Assembly (NCBI GenBank): GCA_040752695.1
Contig: JBFMGO010000093.1
Span: forward strand, 1-24,102
Source of the DNA: a bacterium
GTDB taxonomy: Bacteria; SZUA-182; DTGQ01
Direction of reading: 5' to 3'
DNA length: 24,102 nt
Shown in pieces: positions 1-9,248 of this stretch. The notes under the pieces were generated by a model, which was given only the letters and a program-made list of their open reading frames with translations, ran no database searches and had not been told where the DNA came from. Position 1 is the stretch's first letter. Each line of letters starts with the position of its first letter. The position numbers and the translations under genes are program-made.

Positions 1-2319
1 AACTTTATTATAAACAAGGGATCGTATACATGCTGCAAAGTATCTAAGCCTGTGCTTGATCCTGCTCCACCAGCCAGCTTTGCTGGTTCCACAACGGTTA
101 AGATCACCTGCGAGAGCGGTGCAACGGTTCGCTATACCACCGATAACAGTGAGCCGACCGAAGGATCACAGATCTATACAGGCCCCCTTACCCTTACCAA
201 AACCACCACCCTCAAAGCCAAAGCGTTTAAAGCTAATTGCTCCCCGAGCGATACCGTGCCCGGAACCTATACCCAGGATAATAAAAACAGCGAATCAGAC
301 AGTGATGGGGATGGTCTTTTAGACGAGTGGGAAATAAACGGACTTGATGTAAACAATGATGGCATCATAGATCTTGATTTACCAGCTATGGGAGCCGATT
401 TTCTACATAAGGATATTTTTGTTGAAATAGATTATATGGCTGATCCGACGGGTCACAGTCACATTCCCAAATCTGAAGCAATCCACATAGTCATCAATGC
501 CTTTGCCCAGGCCCCTCTTGACAATCCGGATGGTATATCCGGAATTCATCTCCACGTTGACGCAGGCCCAGGCAGCATCATGAATCCCGTGACCATGGAA
601 GAATGGGGCGACTTGAGTGAATCTGATCCTCTTGCCCATGATGAGGAGCTTGGTTCAAGAACACCTGAAGGTAACTACGACTGGTCTGAGTTTGATACCA
701 TCAAAAGGAATCATTTCACAGAGGCGCGAGCCCATGTCTTCCATTATTGTATCTTCGCCCACAATCTCGGAGGATTTGGAGGAACAAGCGGCATGGCCAG
801 GGATATCCCGTCGAGTGACTTGATTATCTCCCTGGGTTCATGGACAAACCAGGTCGGCACCGTTAATGAGCAAGCCGGCACTTTTATGCATGAGCTGGGT
901 CATAATCTGGGGCTTCGCCACGGTGGAGATGATCATGCTAATTATGAACCAAACTACCTGAGCATCATGAGTTACGCTTTCCAAACCAGGGGCCTGAGGT
1001 TCAATGGTCTTGACGGCAATTTTGATTATTCCCGTTTTCACCTTCCGAATCTCGATGAAAATTCCTTGAATGAGGCAGTCGGATTGAACGGAGGACAAAG
1101 TATCGACCATTACGGTACCCGTTATTATTGCCAGAGCGGAGAACAAATAATAAACAGCGCAAATGCATCTGTTGACTGGAACTGCAATGGGAATGCTTTT
1201 GAATCGAATGTAGCCGCTGACCTGAATCAGGATAACCAGAGAACCGTGCTGGGAAGTTACCATGACTGGGAACATCTGATATTCGAAGGTGGAGCCATAG
1301 GTCAATTCGGGGCAGATCAAAAGCTGCCGATTGAAACACCGGTCGAAGAGATAACCAAAGAGGAAGATGACCTACTGATCACTTCCCAAGCTGTAGCCGT
1401 ATCAGTTGCGGGTCCGAGTTCTCTCTCACTCTATGCCGGAGATTCGAGGACGTGCACCTTTACGATAAAGAATATCGGCGAATCTGCTGATACCTATATA
1501 TTAAACGTGACCAGCTCCAGGGGATGGGCTGATGATGAGCTGTCAGCCTCAGAAATCTCCTTGTCTCCAAACGAGGAAACATCCTTAGCCATCTCCTATC
1601 AAATCCCTCAGACGGTACAAGGAAGGCAAAAGGATGAACTCAACGTAGTGGCTGTTAGTAAAACAAACCCGAACATATTGGATAGCGGTAAGGTTATTAC
1701 AGAAATACTGCCGGATACCGGTGTGGAGGATGACTCAGGCGCACTGGACATTAAGGGAAGCACGGGCAGATCGGGAGATGAAGTTCGCATCCCGGTACGG
1801 ATTCAATCTGCTCCTCATGCAATCACTTCCCTTGGTTTTGAACTGATCTTTGATCCGACCATTCTAGAATACATGGACTATGAGCAGGGAGAGTTAGCCA
1901 CCTCGTTCACGCTGTTTAACGTCAATCCCGATCCTGAGGACCTCAATAGGATCATTGTAGGGGGATTATCTACAGGGGATGGTATTCTCAAAGGCGCAAG
2001 CGGGGATCTGGTTACGTTTACCTTCAAGATCATTGGCGGGGAGGCGGATACCTGTTACCCTCTGCAATTTGGAAATCAGCAGGATGATCTGGCTAATTTT
2101 TCTTCTAGCAGCGGGTGCTTCTCCATCAAGGGTTCCCGTGGAGACCTGAACGAAGATGGAAATATTACCCCAGCCGATGCTCTCATAGCCTTTCGGTGTT
2201 ACCTGAAACTTGGTTCCTGCCCTGATGGGGCTGATATAAATGAGGACGGTTTGGTTACACCGAAGGATGCCCTGTGTCTCTTTAAAAAATATTTAGGCCA
2301 ATCTTCCTGTTTAGATTAG
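1..2319 (+). CDS. Multidomain zinc metalloprotease, 5'-truncated and probably secreted (Fn3-associated/chitobiase C-terminal domain, DxDxDG Ca-binding motifs, metzincin-like catalytic domain, Ig-like domain, cohesin, dockerin)
   Basis: The frame is open from base 1 (NFIINKGSYTCCKVSKPVLDP), so the true start lies upstream. Motifs: ATVRYTTDNSEPT...YTGPLTLTKTTTLKAKAFK; DSDGDGLLDEWE; HELGHNLGLRH with a downstream Met-turn (LSIMSY); cohesin-like GDEVRIPVRI...SLGFELIFDPTILEY...GDLVTFTFKI; duplicated dockerin loops GDLNEDGNITPADAL and ADINEDGLVTPKDAL. Confidence 0.85.
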   Translation, partial: NFIINKGSYTCCKVSKPVLDPAPPASFAGSTTVKITCESGATVRYTTDNSEPTEGSQIYTGPLTLTKTTTLKAKAFKANCSPSDTVPGTYTQDNKNSESDSDGDGLLDEWEINGLDVNNDGIIDLDLPAMGADFLHKDIFVEIDYMADPTGHSHIPKSEAIHIVINAFAQAPLDNPDGISGIHLHVDAGPGSIMNPVTMEEWGDLSESDPLAHDEELGSRTPEGNYDWSEFDTIKRNHFTEARAHVFHYCIFAHNLGGFGGTSGMARDIPSSDLIISLGSWTNQVGTVNEQAGTFMHELGHNLGLRHGGDDHANYEPNYLSIMSYAFQTRGLRFNGLDGNFDYSRFHLPNLDENSLNEAVGLNGGQSIDHYGTRYYCQSGEQIINSANASVDWNCNGNAFESNVAADLNQDNQRTVLGSYHDWEHLIFEGGAIGQFGADQKLPIETPVEEITKEEDDLLITSQAVAVSVAGPSSLSLYAGDSRTCTFTIKNIGESADTYILNVTSSRGWADDELSASEISLSPNEETSLAISYQIPQTVQGRQKDELNVVAVSKTNPNILDSGKVITEILPDTGVEDDSGALDIKGSTGRSGDEVRIPVRIQSAPHAITSLGFELIFDPTILEYMDYEQGELATSFTLFNVNPDPEDLNRIIVGGLSTGDGILKGASGDLVTFTFKIIGGEADTCYPLQFGNQQDDLANFSSSSGCFSIKGSRGDLNEDGNITPADALIAFRCYLKLGSCPDGADINEDGLVTPKDALCLFKKYLGQSSCLD

Positions 2320-2338
2320 CCCAGGGTTACCACGTAAG

Positions 2339-2377
2339 AGAGGGCAGAGTCAGCAATGACTTTGCCCTCTTTGTCTT
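2339..2377 (+). terminator. Intrinsic terminator hairpin between convergent protease genes, possibly bidirectional
   Basis: 14-bp stem AGAGGGCAGAGTCA/TGACTTTGCCCTCT (one G-U pair), GCAA tetraloop and T-rich tail, 20 nt after the stop codon. Confidence 0.75.
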
Positions 2378-2484
2378 ATGTATCAGGCATTCACTTATCT
2401 TGTAATTTTACTATAAGTTTATAAGCAACAATCCAGAGCCCCCAGGCTGTAGTAGTGCAGCCAATCGGGAGAGCACTTCATAGA

Positions 2485-5013
2485 TCAGGGAGTAAATCTG
2501 GTGAAATCCACAGATACTCTGGCCGCTCCGCCGTCATGGTTTTCTTGCTTTCCATTTTCATCCTCCCGATTATTCCCCTCTCCATTTTCTTTCTCCATGC
2601 TCACCGTTTCTTCCTCCTCTACGATCACTCTGAGTCCGCAGGCAGGAGTATCGACGCTGTTAATGGTGTTACGGATATACACGCCGAATGGCCGTGATTC
2701 GAACCATGCTGACCAGGATGTATCGACATAGCTTTTGGAATCGTCAAATACGGAAACTGGCGGCAGTTGCGGTATTTGAGCGGATACGGGCAATCCGAAC
2801 CACCTGGTCAGGCTGCTTTGCAGGGTTGGATTCAGTCCGAAGGTTGCATCGGTTATCTGGAGCCGGGTGCAAAAAGGAAGGTCCATATTGGGGTATGGAG
2901 GATCATAAGACGGTGGCGCTGGATCGAACAGCCAATTGGCCAGCCAGGCTGTATCATCAGCCAGGATGAGCTCAGGATGAGAGTCCACGATCAAAAGGAA
3001 ACCTTTCCACGGATGCATGCCTACCCAGTTATCGTCAAATTCACCATCTCTGTACCAGAGCAGCATCCCTGGGTTGGCCGAAAATGTCTCCACGATATTA
3101 TTGGGAGGAACACTGTCGACTACATGATACCAGTTCGTCATACTGGCATCGAACCCGACAGGCTGCCGCCATTCCGCCAGGTAATAGTGAAGGATTCTCG
3201 TTTCCTCGGAACCGCTGAAAATATACCATCCCCTGGCTTCCCACTCTCCGGCACCAGACTCCATGGTATCGGAAAAGAGCAGATTGCCAAACCTGGTAAT
3301 GATTTCAAGATCATCGATGGCCCATCCCAGTCCCTGAACATTCACGTCGGTCAGGTACTTGAAGCGGAGCAAGACCTGCCCCTGGTACTGGGAAAGATCG
3401 AATTCAGCCTGCACCCAGCCTTTGCTTTTTCCAGTGATTCCATTTCCCGGATTTTGATTATGAGGATCATCGCTCGTAGTGATATTCCCCTGGATCTTCT
3501 GCCACTTTTGGCCGCCATCGGAAGAGACCTCAACGCATCCATAATCAAAGTCAGCTTCGATATCGTACCATGTCCAGAATTTCAAAAGCGTGCCGGGACC
3601 GGGAGGCAGGTTGAATGTCCTGGTAAGGGTGTTGCGGAGGCTGTCTCCCCTGCCCGAGTACCATTCGTATTCACCGCTGTGCGGTTTATTGACCTTAACC
3701 GTAGAGACGGAGTCAGGCAGATTAATCTTTATGCACTTGTCAGCCAGTCCTCTTTGTTCTACGGACCGAAGAAGCAGGCAGTTCTTCTCGTCGCCGGGGT
3801 TGACCGTTACCGGCTCCACCCAGCCGAGAACATATTTTCCCCAGACGCTGAGACTGGCAGGGCAGGTTCCGGCTGCTTGGCCCGGCAGGCACAACCATCC
3901 GCCCGAAGACATTAAAGACCAGAAACCTGTAGAGGGATCGCCGCTGTAAATGGTATCATATTCGTCCGGGAGGCCAAGGTCATGGGCAAATTCATGGCAA
4001 AAAACTCCTATGGTTCCATCCTCCGGCTCCGTGGTGTAGGCACCTACCCATACCGAGGGGTTTGCGGTGGGAATCCCTCCAAATCCAGGCCCATGCTCAA
4101 AGCCCCAATCAGCCCATCCGCTGTGCGACCAGATGGCATCATCCCCCTGATGCCCGCCGCCGCTCTCCTGACCAACACCAGCATGAATAATCATGATATG
4201 ATCCACATATCCGTCCGGCTCGTCATAGACGCCGTCATCATCCATATCGTAAGGATCCTCCATATCGTAATCCTGCCACGGGATAGAGTCACCGGCAGCT
4301 TCGATTGCATCCCTGACCAGATTCCAGACAGGACCGTTGAGATTATCGATTCCCCCTTCCGGGTCATCCGCACCATAATACCATTCCGCATGATTTACTT
4401 TGATCCAGCCATAGGCCCGGCCATCCACCGTATAGGTGCCGCCTGACTGCTCAAGGTAATAGTTGGACATGGAAAGCGCTCCTTCGGTCGTATCAAAGAG
4501 CATCTTTTCATAGTGCTCCCTGTTGAAATCCGCAATCCAAAAGTCCCTGCTGTTATATCTCCTGTCAGGTTCGGATATCCCGTTGTGCAACGGTCCGGTA
4601 TGCAGATCGTCTATGCCTGCACCGGCAAATTCCACCAGGAGAACGAGAATATGATCAATCCTCTGACCATTGGCTCCTTTTTGCCCGTGGTGGTTCTCTA
4701 TCTGGTCAGTTTCCTCCGTGCTTGCTATATAACCGGACCCCAATGGATGAGGTCTGTCCTCCGGCTCTTTTCCGACCTTCTGTTTCAAATAATCCATATA
4801 CGTCTTGTGGATATCAACTGTGGATACTCCCTGGGAAACTGTTGCCCTGGCCCTCAATGCAGGGAGTATACTCGCCTCATTGGGAGGCATACATGATCGA
4901 GCCCCACCGCCGCCGCGTTTGCCTGCCAGAGCAGGGCTCTCTGCGGCCATGACCAGGACTGACATCAGGAAAAAAAGTGCTGCTGTATGGGCAAGGTGCT
5001 GAATTTTGCGCAT
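2485..5013 (-). CDS. Immune inhibitor A family (peptidase M6) secreted metalloprotease
   Basis: Signal peptide; ILVLLVEFAG; NYYLEQSGGTYTVDG; DGYVDHIMIIHAGVGQESGGG...DAIWSH; Zn motif HEFAHDLGLPDEY; FWSLMSSGGW; jelly-roll segment WYDIEADFDYG...WAIDD; C-terminal YYLAEWR and GMLLWYRD. Confidence 0.93.
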   Translation of the reverse strand: MRKIQHLAHTAALFFLMSVLVMAAESPALAGKRGGGGARSCMPPNEASILPALRARATVSQGVSTVDIHKTYMDYLKQKVGKEPEDRPHPLGSGYIASTEETDQIENHHGQKGANGQRIDHILVLLVEFAGAGIDDLHTGPLHNGISEPDRRYNSRDFWIADFNREHYEKMLFDTTEGALSMSNYYLEQSGGTYTVDGRAYGWIKVNHAEWYYGADDPEGGIDNLNGPVWNLVRDAIEAAGDSIPWQDYDMEDPYDMDDDGVYDEPDGYVDHIMIIHAGVGQESGGGHQGDDAIWSHSGWADWGFEHGPGFGGIPTANPSVWVGAYTTEPEDGTIGVFCHEFAHDLGLPDEYDTIYSGDPSTGFWSLMSSGGWLCLPGQAAGTCPASLSVWGKYVLGWVEPVTVNPGDEKNCLLLRSVEQRGLADKCIKINLPDSVSTVKVNKPHSGEYEWYSGRGDSLRNTLTRTFNLPPGPGTLLKFWTWYDIEADFDYGCVEVSSDGGQKWQKIQGNITTSDDPHNQNPGNGITGKSKGWVQAEFDLSQYQGQVLLRFKYLTDVNVQGLGWAIDDLEIITRFGNLLFSDTMESGAGEWEARGWYIFSGSEETRILHYYLAEWRQPVGFDASMTNWYHVVDSVPPNNIVETFSANPGMLLWYRDGEFDDNWVGMHPWKGFLLIVDSHPELILADDTAWLANWLFDPAPPSYDPPYPNMDLPFCTRLQITDATFGLNPTLQSSLTRWFGLPVSAQIPQLPPVSVFDDSKSYVDTSWSAWFESRPFGVYIRNTINSVDTPACGLRVIVEEEETVSMEKENGEGNNREDENGKQENHDGGAARVSVDFTRFTP

Positions 5014-5279
5014 CTCTTCCTCTTTCTTTGTAAAGCCGGTTGTTAATCACTAAATTATGAGCGATCCCGCTTAAAAGCATCATCGGTTTTTTAGGAGACA
5101 ATGGTGTTACTCAGCTTTATACATTGACGTGGAATAGCGAAAGATTTTGCTTGACGAAAATGTACAATAAGCAGTATATCTAGTTATAGTTAAATTTTTA
5201 AGAGAGAACCTGGATAGATTTAAGAGAACCTGGATGGATTCATCAGGGGCGAAACTGAAGATTTAAAGACGGCATCGAA

Positions 5280-5708
5280 ATGAAAAACCCAATAGCTTCG
5301 ACAGCAAAGGCATTGAAGAGAATTACCCTTGATGACATCTATGTAGCTATTGAAGAGATAAAACATCAGCAGGAAAAAGATTATCAACACCTTAACGATA
5401 AGCTTGATACTCAGATCGGGCAAGTCAGACAGGAAATCGGGCAAGTCAGGCAGGAAATCGGGCAAGACAGACAGGAAATCGGACAGGTTAGACAGGAAAT
5501 TGCCCAGATGCGGCAGGAAATCGGGCTGGTAAATCAAAGAATCGATACTTTGAGCACTCAGTTAAACCAGAGGATCGATACTCTGGGACAGAGAATCGAT
5601 ACTTTGGGACAAAGGATCGATGCTTTGGGAGAGAAGATCGATACTCAATTTGCCCAATTAAATCAGACTATCCTCCAGCTTATCGTATCAAAGCAAAAAG
5701 AATTCTAA
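5280..5708 (+). CDS. Small heptad-repeat coiled-coil protein of unknown function (apolipoprotein/DUF1640-like appearance)
   Basis: 142-aa ORF with IGQVRQE-type and QRIDTLG-type heptads; synonymous variation among the DNA repeat units supports coding. Confidence 0.7.
   Translation: MKNPIASTAKALKRITLDDIYVAIEEIKHQQEKDYQHLNDKLDTQIGQVRQEIGQVRQEIGQDRQEIGQVRQEIAQMRQEIGLVNQRIDTLSTQLNQRIDTLGQRIDTLGQRIDALGEKIDTQFAQLNQTILQLIVSKQKEF
5415..5651 (+). repeat. Intragenic 21-nt tandem repeats in two sub-arrays separated by one 33-nt unit
   Basis: About 6 ATCGGGCAAGTCAGACAGGAA-like units (5415-5540), then ATCGATACT...-type units (5541-5651). Confidence 0.9.
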
Positions 5709-5782
5709 GCGGTCCAGAACGATGATTTCGGCATCGTCCGGAGCATGGCCTTGATACTACCGGAATCGATGAGGCTTCACTA

Positions 5783-5871
5783 TTTTACCTTCCATTTTTC
5801 AGAATCTTACCTTCCAATATCTAAAGAGCCGCTATCCACTTTTTCAGAATTTCACCTTCCACTTTTCAGAA
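5783..5871. repeat. Degenerate intergenic repeats (TACCTTCCA / TTTTCAGAA)
   Basis: Three copies of TTTTCAGAA and three of ACCTTCCA between the coiled-coil and photolyase genes. Confidence 0.6.
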
Positions 5872-5949
5872 GACACTTTAAAAAAAGTACGGCACGTCGG
5901 TAGAGAAAACCACTGGCTTGCTCCGATCTTTGGATAATGGAGAGGTGAA

Positions 5950-7452
5950 ATGACAGGTGCGACCATCCAGACTGAGCGAATTCAAAAGCTCGGCGATCGA
6001 GGCATCAGGGAGGGCGATTATGTATTGTACTGGATGCAGCAGGCGCAGCGCGTAGAGTATAATCATGCCCTTGAATTTGCTGTTCAACAGGCCAACAGGT
6101 TACAGCAGCCTTTAGTGGTTATTTTCGGGCTGATGGATGATTATCCCGAAGCGAACCTGCGCCATTACACTTTCATGCTCGAAGGGCTTCAGGAGGTGGA
6201 ATCTTCCCTGGCCGAGCGCGGCATTAAAATGGCAATCCGCTCTGGCCAGCCGGACCAAGTGGCTCTGGCAGCAGGCGCAAGAGCATCTTTAATCGTTTGT
6301 GACCGTGGCTACTTGCGACATCAAAAAGCCTGGCGTGAAAAGGTGGCTGCCGAGGCCCGGTGCAGCGTATTTCAGGTCGAGACCGATGTTGTCGTGCCGG
6401 TCGAGGTGGTGACAGACAAGGCGGAGTTTGCTGCACGCACAATCCGGCCCAAGATCAGCAGGCACCTGGACAATTACCTTATGAAAATGCCGTCCACACC
6501 GCTCGCCAGACATGGACTCAATCCGAGCTCCAATGGACTCAATTCGACCTCCGATGGGCTCAATCTGAGCTTCAATGGTTTGGACCTCAGCGATATTCAG
6601 GCAGTTCTCGCCCGGTTGAAGGGGATCGATCGAAGTATCAGCCCTGTCACTCACCTCTATAAAGGCGGTACTGCGGAGGCGAAAAAGCGCTTTCAGGCTT
6701 TCATCCGCAACAGCCTTGAGTATTATTCACAAAACCGAAACCAGCCTCAGACCGGACATGTTTCGCATATGAGCATGTATTTGCACTTTGGACAGATTTC
6801 ACCGCTCTACCTGGCCCTGCGCATAAAAGAAGAGGGTGAGAAGGGAGGGGAGAATCCTGATGGTGAACAAAAAAACAGTGGAAACGGCCTCAAAAACGCC
6901 GGTAGCGGAGGATTGGAGCAGGAAAAGGCCGCATTCCTGGACGAGTTGATCGTCAGGCGGGAGTTGGCTATCAACTTCGTTCATTTTACCCCGAATTATG
7001 ATTCCTACATCAGTTTGCCGGATTGGGCCAGATCGACACTGCACGTTCATCGAAATGACAGGCGTGAGTATCACTATACTCAAGAACAACTTGAAAAGGC
7101 CACAACCCACGACCAGTATTGGAATGCTGCCATGCAGGAGATGAAGTACACCGGCTATCTGCATAATTATATGCGGATGTATTGGGGGAAAAAAATCCTG
7201 GAATGGAGCCCGGCGCCCGAACAGGCATTCAGAACTGCCTTAGCCCTGAATAACAAATATTTCCTCGATGGCAGAGATCCCAATTCATTTGCTAATATCG
7301 CCTGGATATTCGGTCTTCACGACCGCCCCTGGAAGGAACGCCCGATTTTTGGCAAGATCCGCTTTATGTCAGCCTCAGGTCTGGAAAGAAAGTGTGACAT
7401 GAAAGCATACCTGAAGAAGGTCAAGGAGATCAAAGAGATCGGGGATTTTTAA
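5950..7452 (+). CDS. phrB: Class II CPD deoxyribodipyrimidine photolyase
   Basis: YVLYWMQQAQRVEYNHALEFA; EFAARTIRPKI; SHMSMYLHFGQIS; FLDELIVRRELAINF; THDQYWNAAM; GYLHNYMRMYWGKKILEW; NNKYFLDGRDPN; HDRPWKERPIFGKIRFM. SD-like GGAGAGG upstream. Confidence 0.95.
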   Translation: MTGATIQTERIQKLGDRGIREGDYVLYWMQQAQRVEYNHALEFAVQQANRLQQPLVVIFGLMDDYPEANLRHYTFMLEGLQEVESSLAERGIKMAIRSGQPDQVALAAGARASLIVCDRGYLRHQKAWREKVAAEARCSVFQVETDVVVPVEVVTDKAEFAARTIRPKISRHLDNYLMKMPSTPLARHGLNPSSNGLNSTSDGLNLSFNGLDLSDIQAVLARLKGIDRSISPVTHLYKGGTAEAKKRFQAFIRNSLEYYSQNRNQPQTGHVSHMSMYLHFGQISPLYLALRIKEEGEKGGENPDGEQKNSGNGLKNAGSGGLEQEKAAFLDELIVRRELAINFVHFTPNYDSYISLPDWARSTLHVHRNDRREYHYTQEQLEKATTHDQYWNAAMQEMKYTGYLHNYMRMYWGKKILEWSPAPEQAFRTALALNNKYFLDGRDPNSFANIAWIFGLHDRPWKERPIFGKIRFMSASGLERKCDMKAYLKKVKEIKEIGDF

Positions 7453-7509
7453 CATCGGCTTAGGTATATATGCCATTGGGAAACCGCTATGAGCTGCACG
7501 AACAACGAC

Positions 7510-8301
7510 TTAGGGCAACCGTCCAAATGCCTCCTGAGCCAGTTCGGCACAGATTTCGTCACAGCTTCCCAGCAGCAATTCCATCTTTCGACGTAAGGTC
7601 CCGGGAGGTGGGGTTTTATTGATGATGATAATCTGGCAATCAGACCTCACCGCATCCACAAGCCCGGCCACAGGATAGACATTGAGCGAGGTTCCGATGA
7701 CCAGCAAAAGGTCTGTTTTCGACAGATCCTGGGGAACCAGGTCAAAGAAAACAGATGGCAGCATACTTCCGAAAAAGACGATATCCGGCTTGATAATCGA
7801 CTCCGGATTACAGGCACAGCGGGGCACGTGTCCGGCCCTTATTTCTTTTTCGATATCGGCAAGCTGATACTTTTTCCCACAGGACAGACAGGTAGCAGTC
7901 CGAAAAGTACCATGACAGGCTACGACCTTTTGGATACCGGCAGCCGCTTCCAGGCCATCGATATTTTGTGTGTAATTCCGCAGGAGCTTGCCCTCTTCCT
8001 CCAGCATTTGGATAAATCGATGGGTAAGGGTCGGTTTATAATTGCCAGGCAAGAGCTCTTTGGCCAGTTCAAAAAAAGGCTCCGGATGATTGATGAAGTA
8101 GTCAATTTCAAAAATAGCTTCAGGGTAGGGGAGATTATATCTTTGCAGATTATAGTAAAGACCTGTTCCTGGTGATCGGAAATCGTGAATTCCGGCAGAA
8201 GTAGAAACTCCTGCTCCAGTCAGGACCATAATATTCCCGGCTTCCTGAATAAGGGAAGCACATTTTTTTATCTGGTCAGATATACTCCCTTCTCTTGTCA
8301 C
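7510..8301 (-). CDS. Sir2-family NAD-dependent protein deacylase, class I (SIRT2/Hst2)-like
   Basis: TGAGVSTSAGIHDFRSPGTGLY; YTQNIDGLE; catalytic His in ACHGTF; Zn ligands CLSC...CAC; KPDIVFFG; IGTSLNVYP; IINK. GTG start after a purine-rich SD region. Confidence 0.93.
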   Translation of the reverse strand: MTREGSISDQIKKCASLIQEAGNIMVLTGAGVSTSAGIHDFRSPGTGLYYNLQRYNLPYPEAIFEIDYFINHPEPFFELAKELLPGNYKPTLTHRFIQMLEEEGKLLRNYTQNIDGLEAAAGIQKVVACHGTFRTATCLSCGKKYQLADIEKEIRAGHVPRCACNPESIIKPDIVFFGSMLPSVFFDLVPQDLSKTDLLLVIGTSLNVYPVAGLVDAVRSDCQIIIINKTPPPGTLRRKMELLLGSCDEICAELAQEAFGRLP

Positions 8302-8568
8302 TTTCTTGGTCCTCTTTCCCCTTCCTTTTGTTAGAATAGCCCGCCATCCACATTCCTTTATAGATGTCGTGGCAAATACACAGCCGGTTATCTCCCTCGC
8401 CCGTTGATAAGAGGAGGTATTTAAGCCCCCTTTTTGGAGAGGTGAGGAAGGGGGATTTCAAGAAATATCTCCATTTGATCATTATAACCCCGGCATAATC
8501 GGAAGTCAAACCAAAACCGGCTGCCGGATTATCTCATATTACACCTCTGACAGGTTGAATTTACTGGC

Positions 8569-8584
8569 AGGCACAATCTTTGCT
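8569..8584 (+). promoter_or_regulatory. Candidate sigma54 (-24/-12) promoter for the Rieske-like gene
   Basis: AGGCACAATCTTTGCT matches GG-N10-GC with GGCAC and TTGCT; one mismatch to the TGGCAC consensus. Confidence 0.55.
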
Positions 8585-8725
8585 AATTATGCAAAAGCAG
8601 GGTAAAGGGCGTATAACCCTTATACTTTGGAAGACTTCCCTGACCTTATTTAGGGGTTGGGGCAAATAAATATCAGGTTATCGGGGTTTCAGGTTCGAGT
8701 CGATGAGTGTGGAAGGAGTGAGAGT

Positions 8726-9196
8726 ATGAAAAGTTATCAATCAGGTGTCATTTACTCAATAGCAAGAGATGAATATGTAAAAAGAGTTGCTCTTCGTAAG
8801 ATCATTCTTCGAAATATGGTTATTGTAGCGATTATCTCCCTGTTCGTTTATCCCTTGATACGGTATCTGGCTACTCCTCCGGGCTCGGTAAGATATCTGG
8901 AAACCATTCAGATTCCTCTGTCCAGTCTTCCGGAAGGGACATCGCAGTTGGTTTCTTACCATGGGCAACCGGTAATTGTCATTAACAGCCATGGAAATAT
9001 CAAAGCTCTTACCGCTCTATGCACGTACAGTGATTCTCTCTTAAGGTGGGATAACGAGAGGGAAGAACTGGTGTGCCCATCCCACGATGCCCGGTTCGAT
9101 ATTAATGGGAATGTAAAAGCCGGTCTGGCCCCAAGGCCCCTGGAACGAACCAAAGTAATGGTTGTGGCTGGAAAAGTCATTGTTGGCGGATTTTAA
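8726..9196 (+). CDS. Membrane-anchored Rieske [2Fe-2S]-like protein with an atypical ligand set
   Basis: ATG at 8726 after GGAAGGAG (preferred over TTG at 8657); N-terminal TM helix ending YPLIRYLATPP; ALCTYSDS...VCPSHDARFDINGNVKAGLAPRPL resembles the Rieske CxH...CxxH...GPxxxPL pattern. Confidence 0.8.
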   Translation: MKSYQSGVIYSIARDEYVKRVALRKIILRNMVIVAIISLFVYPLIRYLATPPGSVRYLETIQIPLSSLPEGTSQLVSYHGQPVIVINSHGNIKALTALCTYSDSLLRWDNEREELVCPSHDARFDINGNVKAGLAPRPLERTKVMVVAGKVIVGGF

Positions 9197-9224
9197 GAGC
9201 AAAATTAATTGAAAAATTAATTGC

Positions 9225-9248
9225 AACTGCAATTTTAAAATTGCAGTT
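9225..9248. repeat. Perfect 24-bp palindrome downstream of the Rieske-like gene
   Basis: AACTGCAATTTTAAAATTGCAGTT equals its own reverse complement; it is flanked by a near-complementary TTGAAAAATTAA/TTAATTTTCAA pair. Confidence 0.7.

Noticed and set aside
2767..3915. 382-aa plus-strand ORF
   Set aside because: Antisense shadow of the well-supported M6 protease; no recognisable motifs.
5415..5651. CRISPR-like or iteron array
   Set aside because: The repeats are in-frame coding heptads with synonymous variation.
7510..8301. Sir2-domain anti-phage defence gene (ThsA/DSR type)
   Set aside because: It is a stand-alone canonical Zn-binding deacylase with no defence partner domains or genes.
8424..8460. 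CCCCCTT...AAGGGGGATTT REP-like element, with faint relatives near 12994 and 13229
   Set aside because: Too degenerate to support as a repeat family from this window alone.
8657..8725. Longer TTG start for the Rieske-like gene
   Set aside because: ATG at 8726 has a strong SD and gives a typical length.
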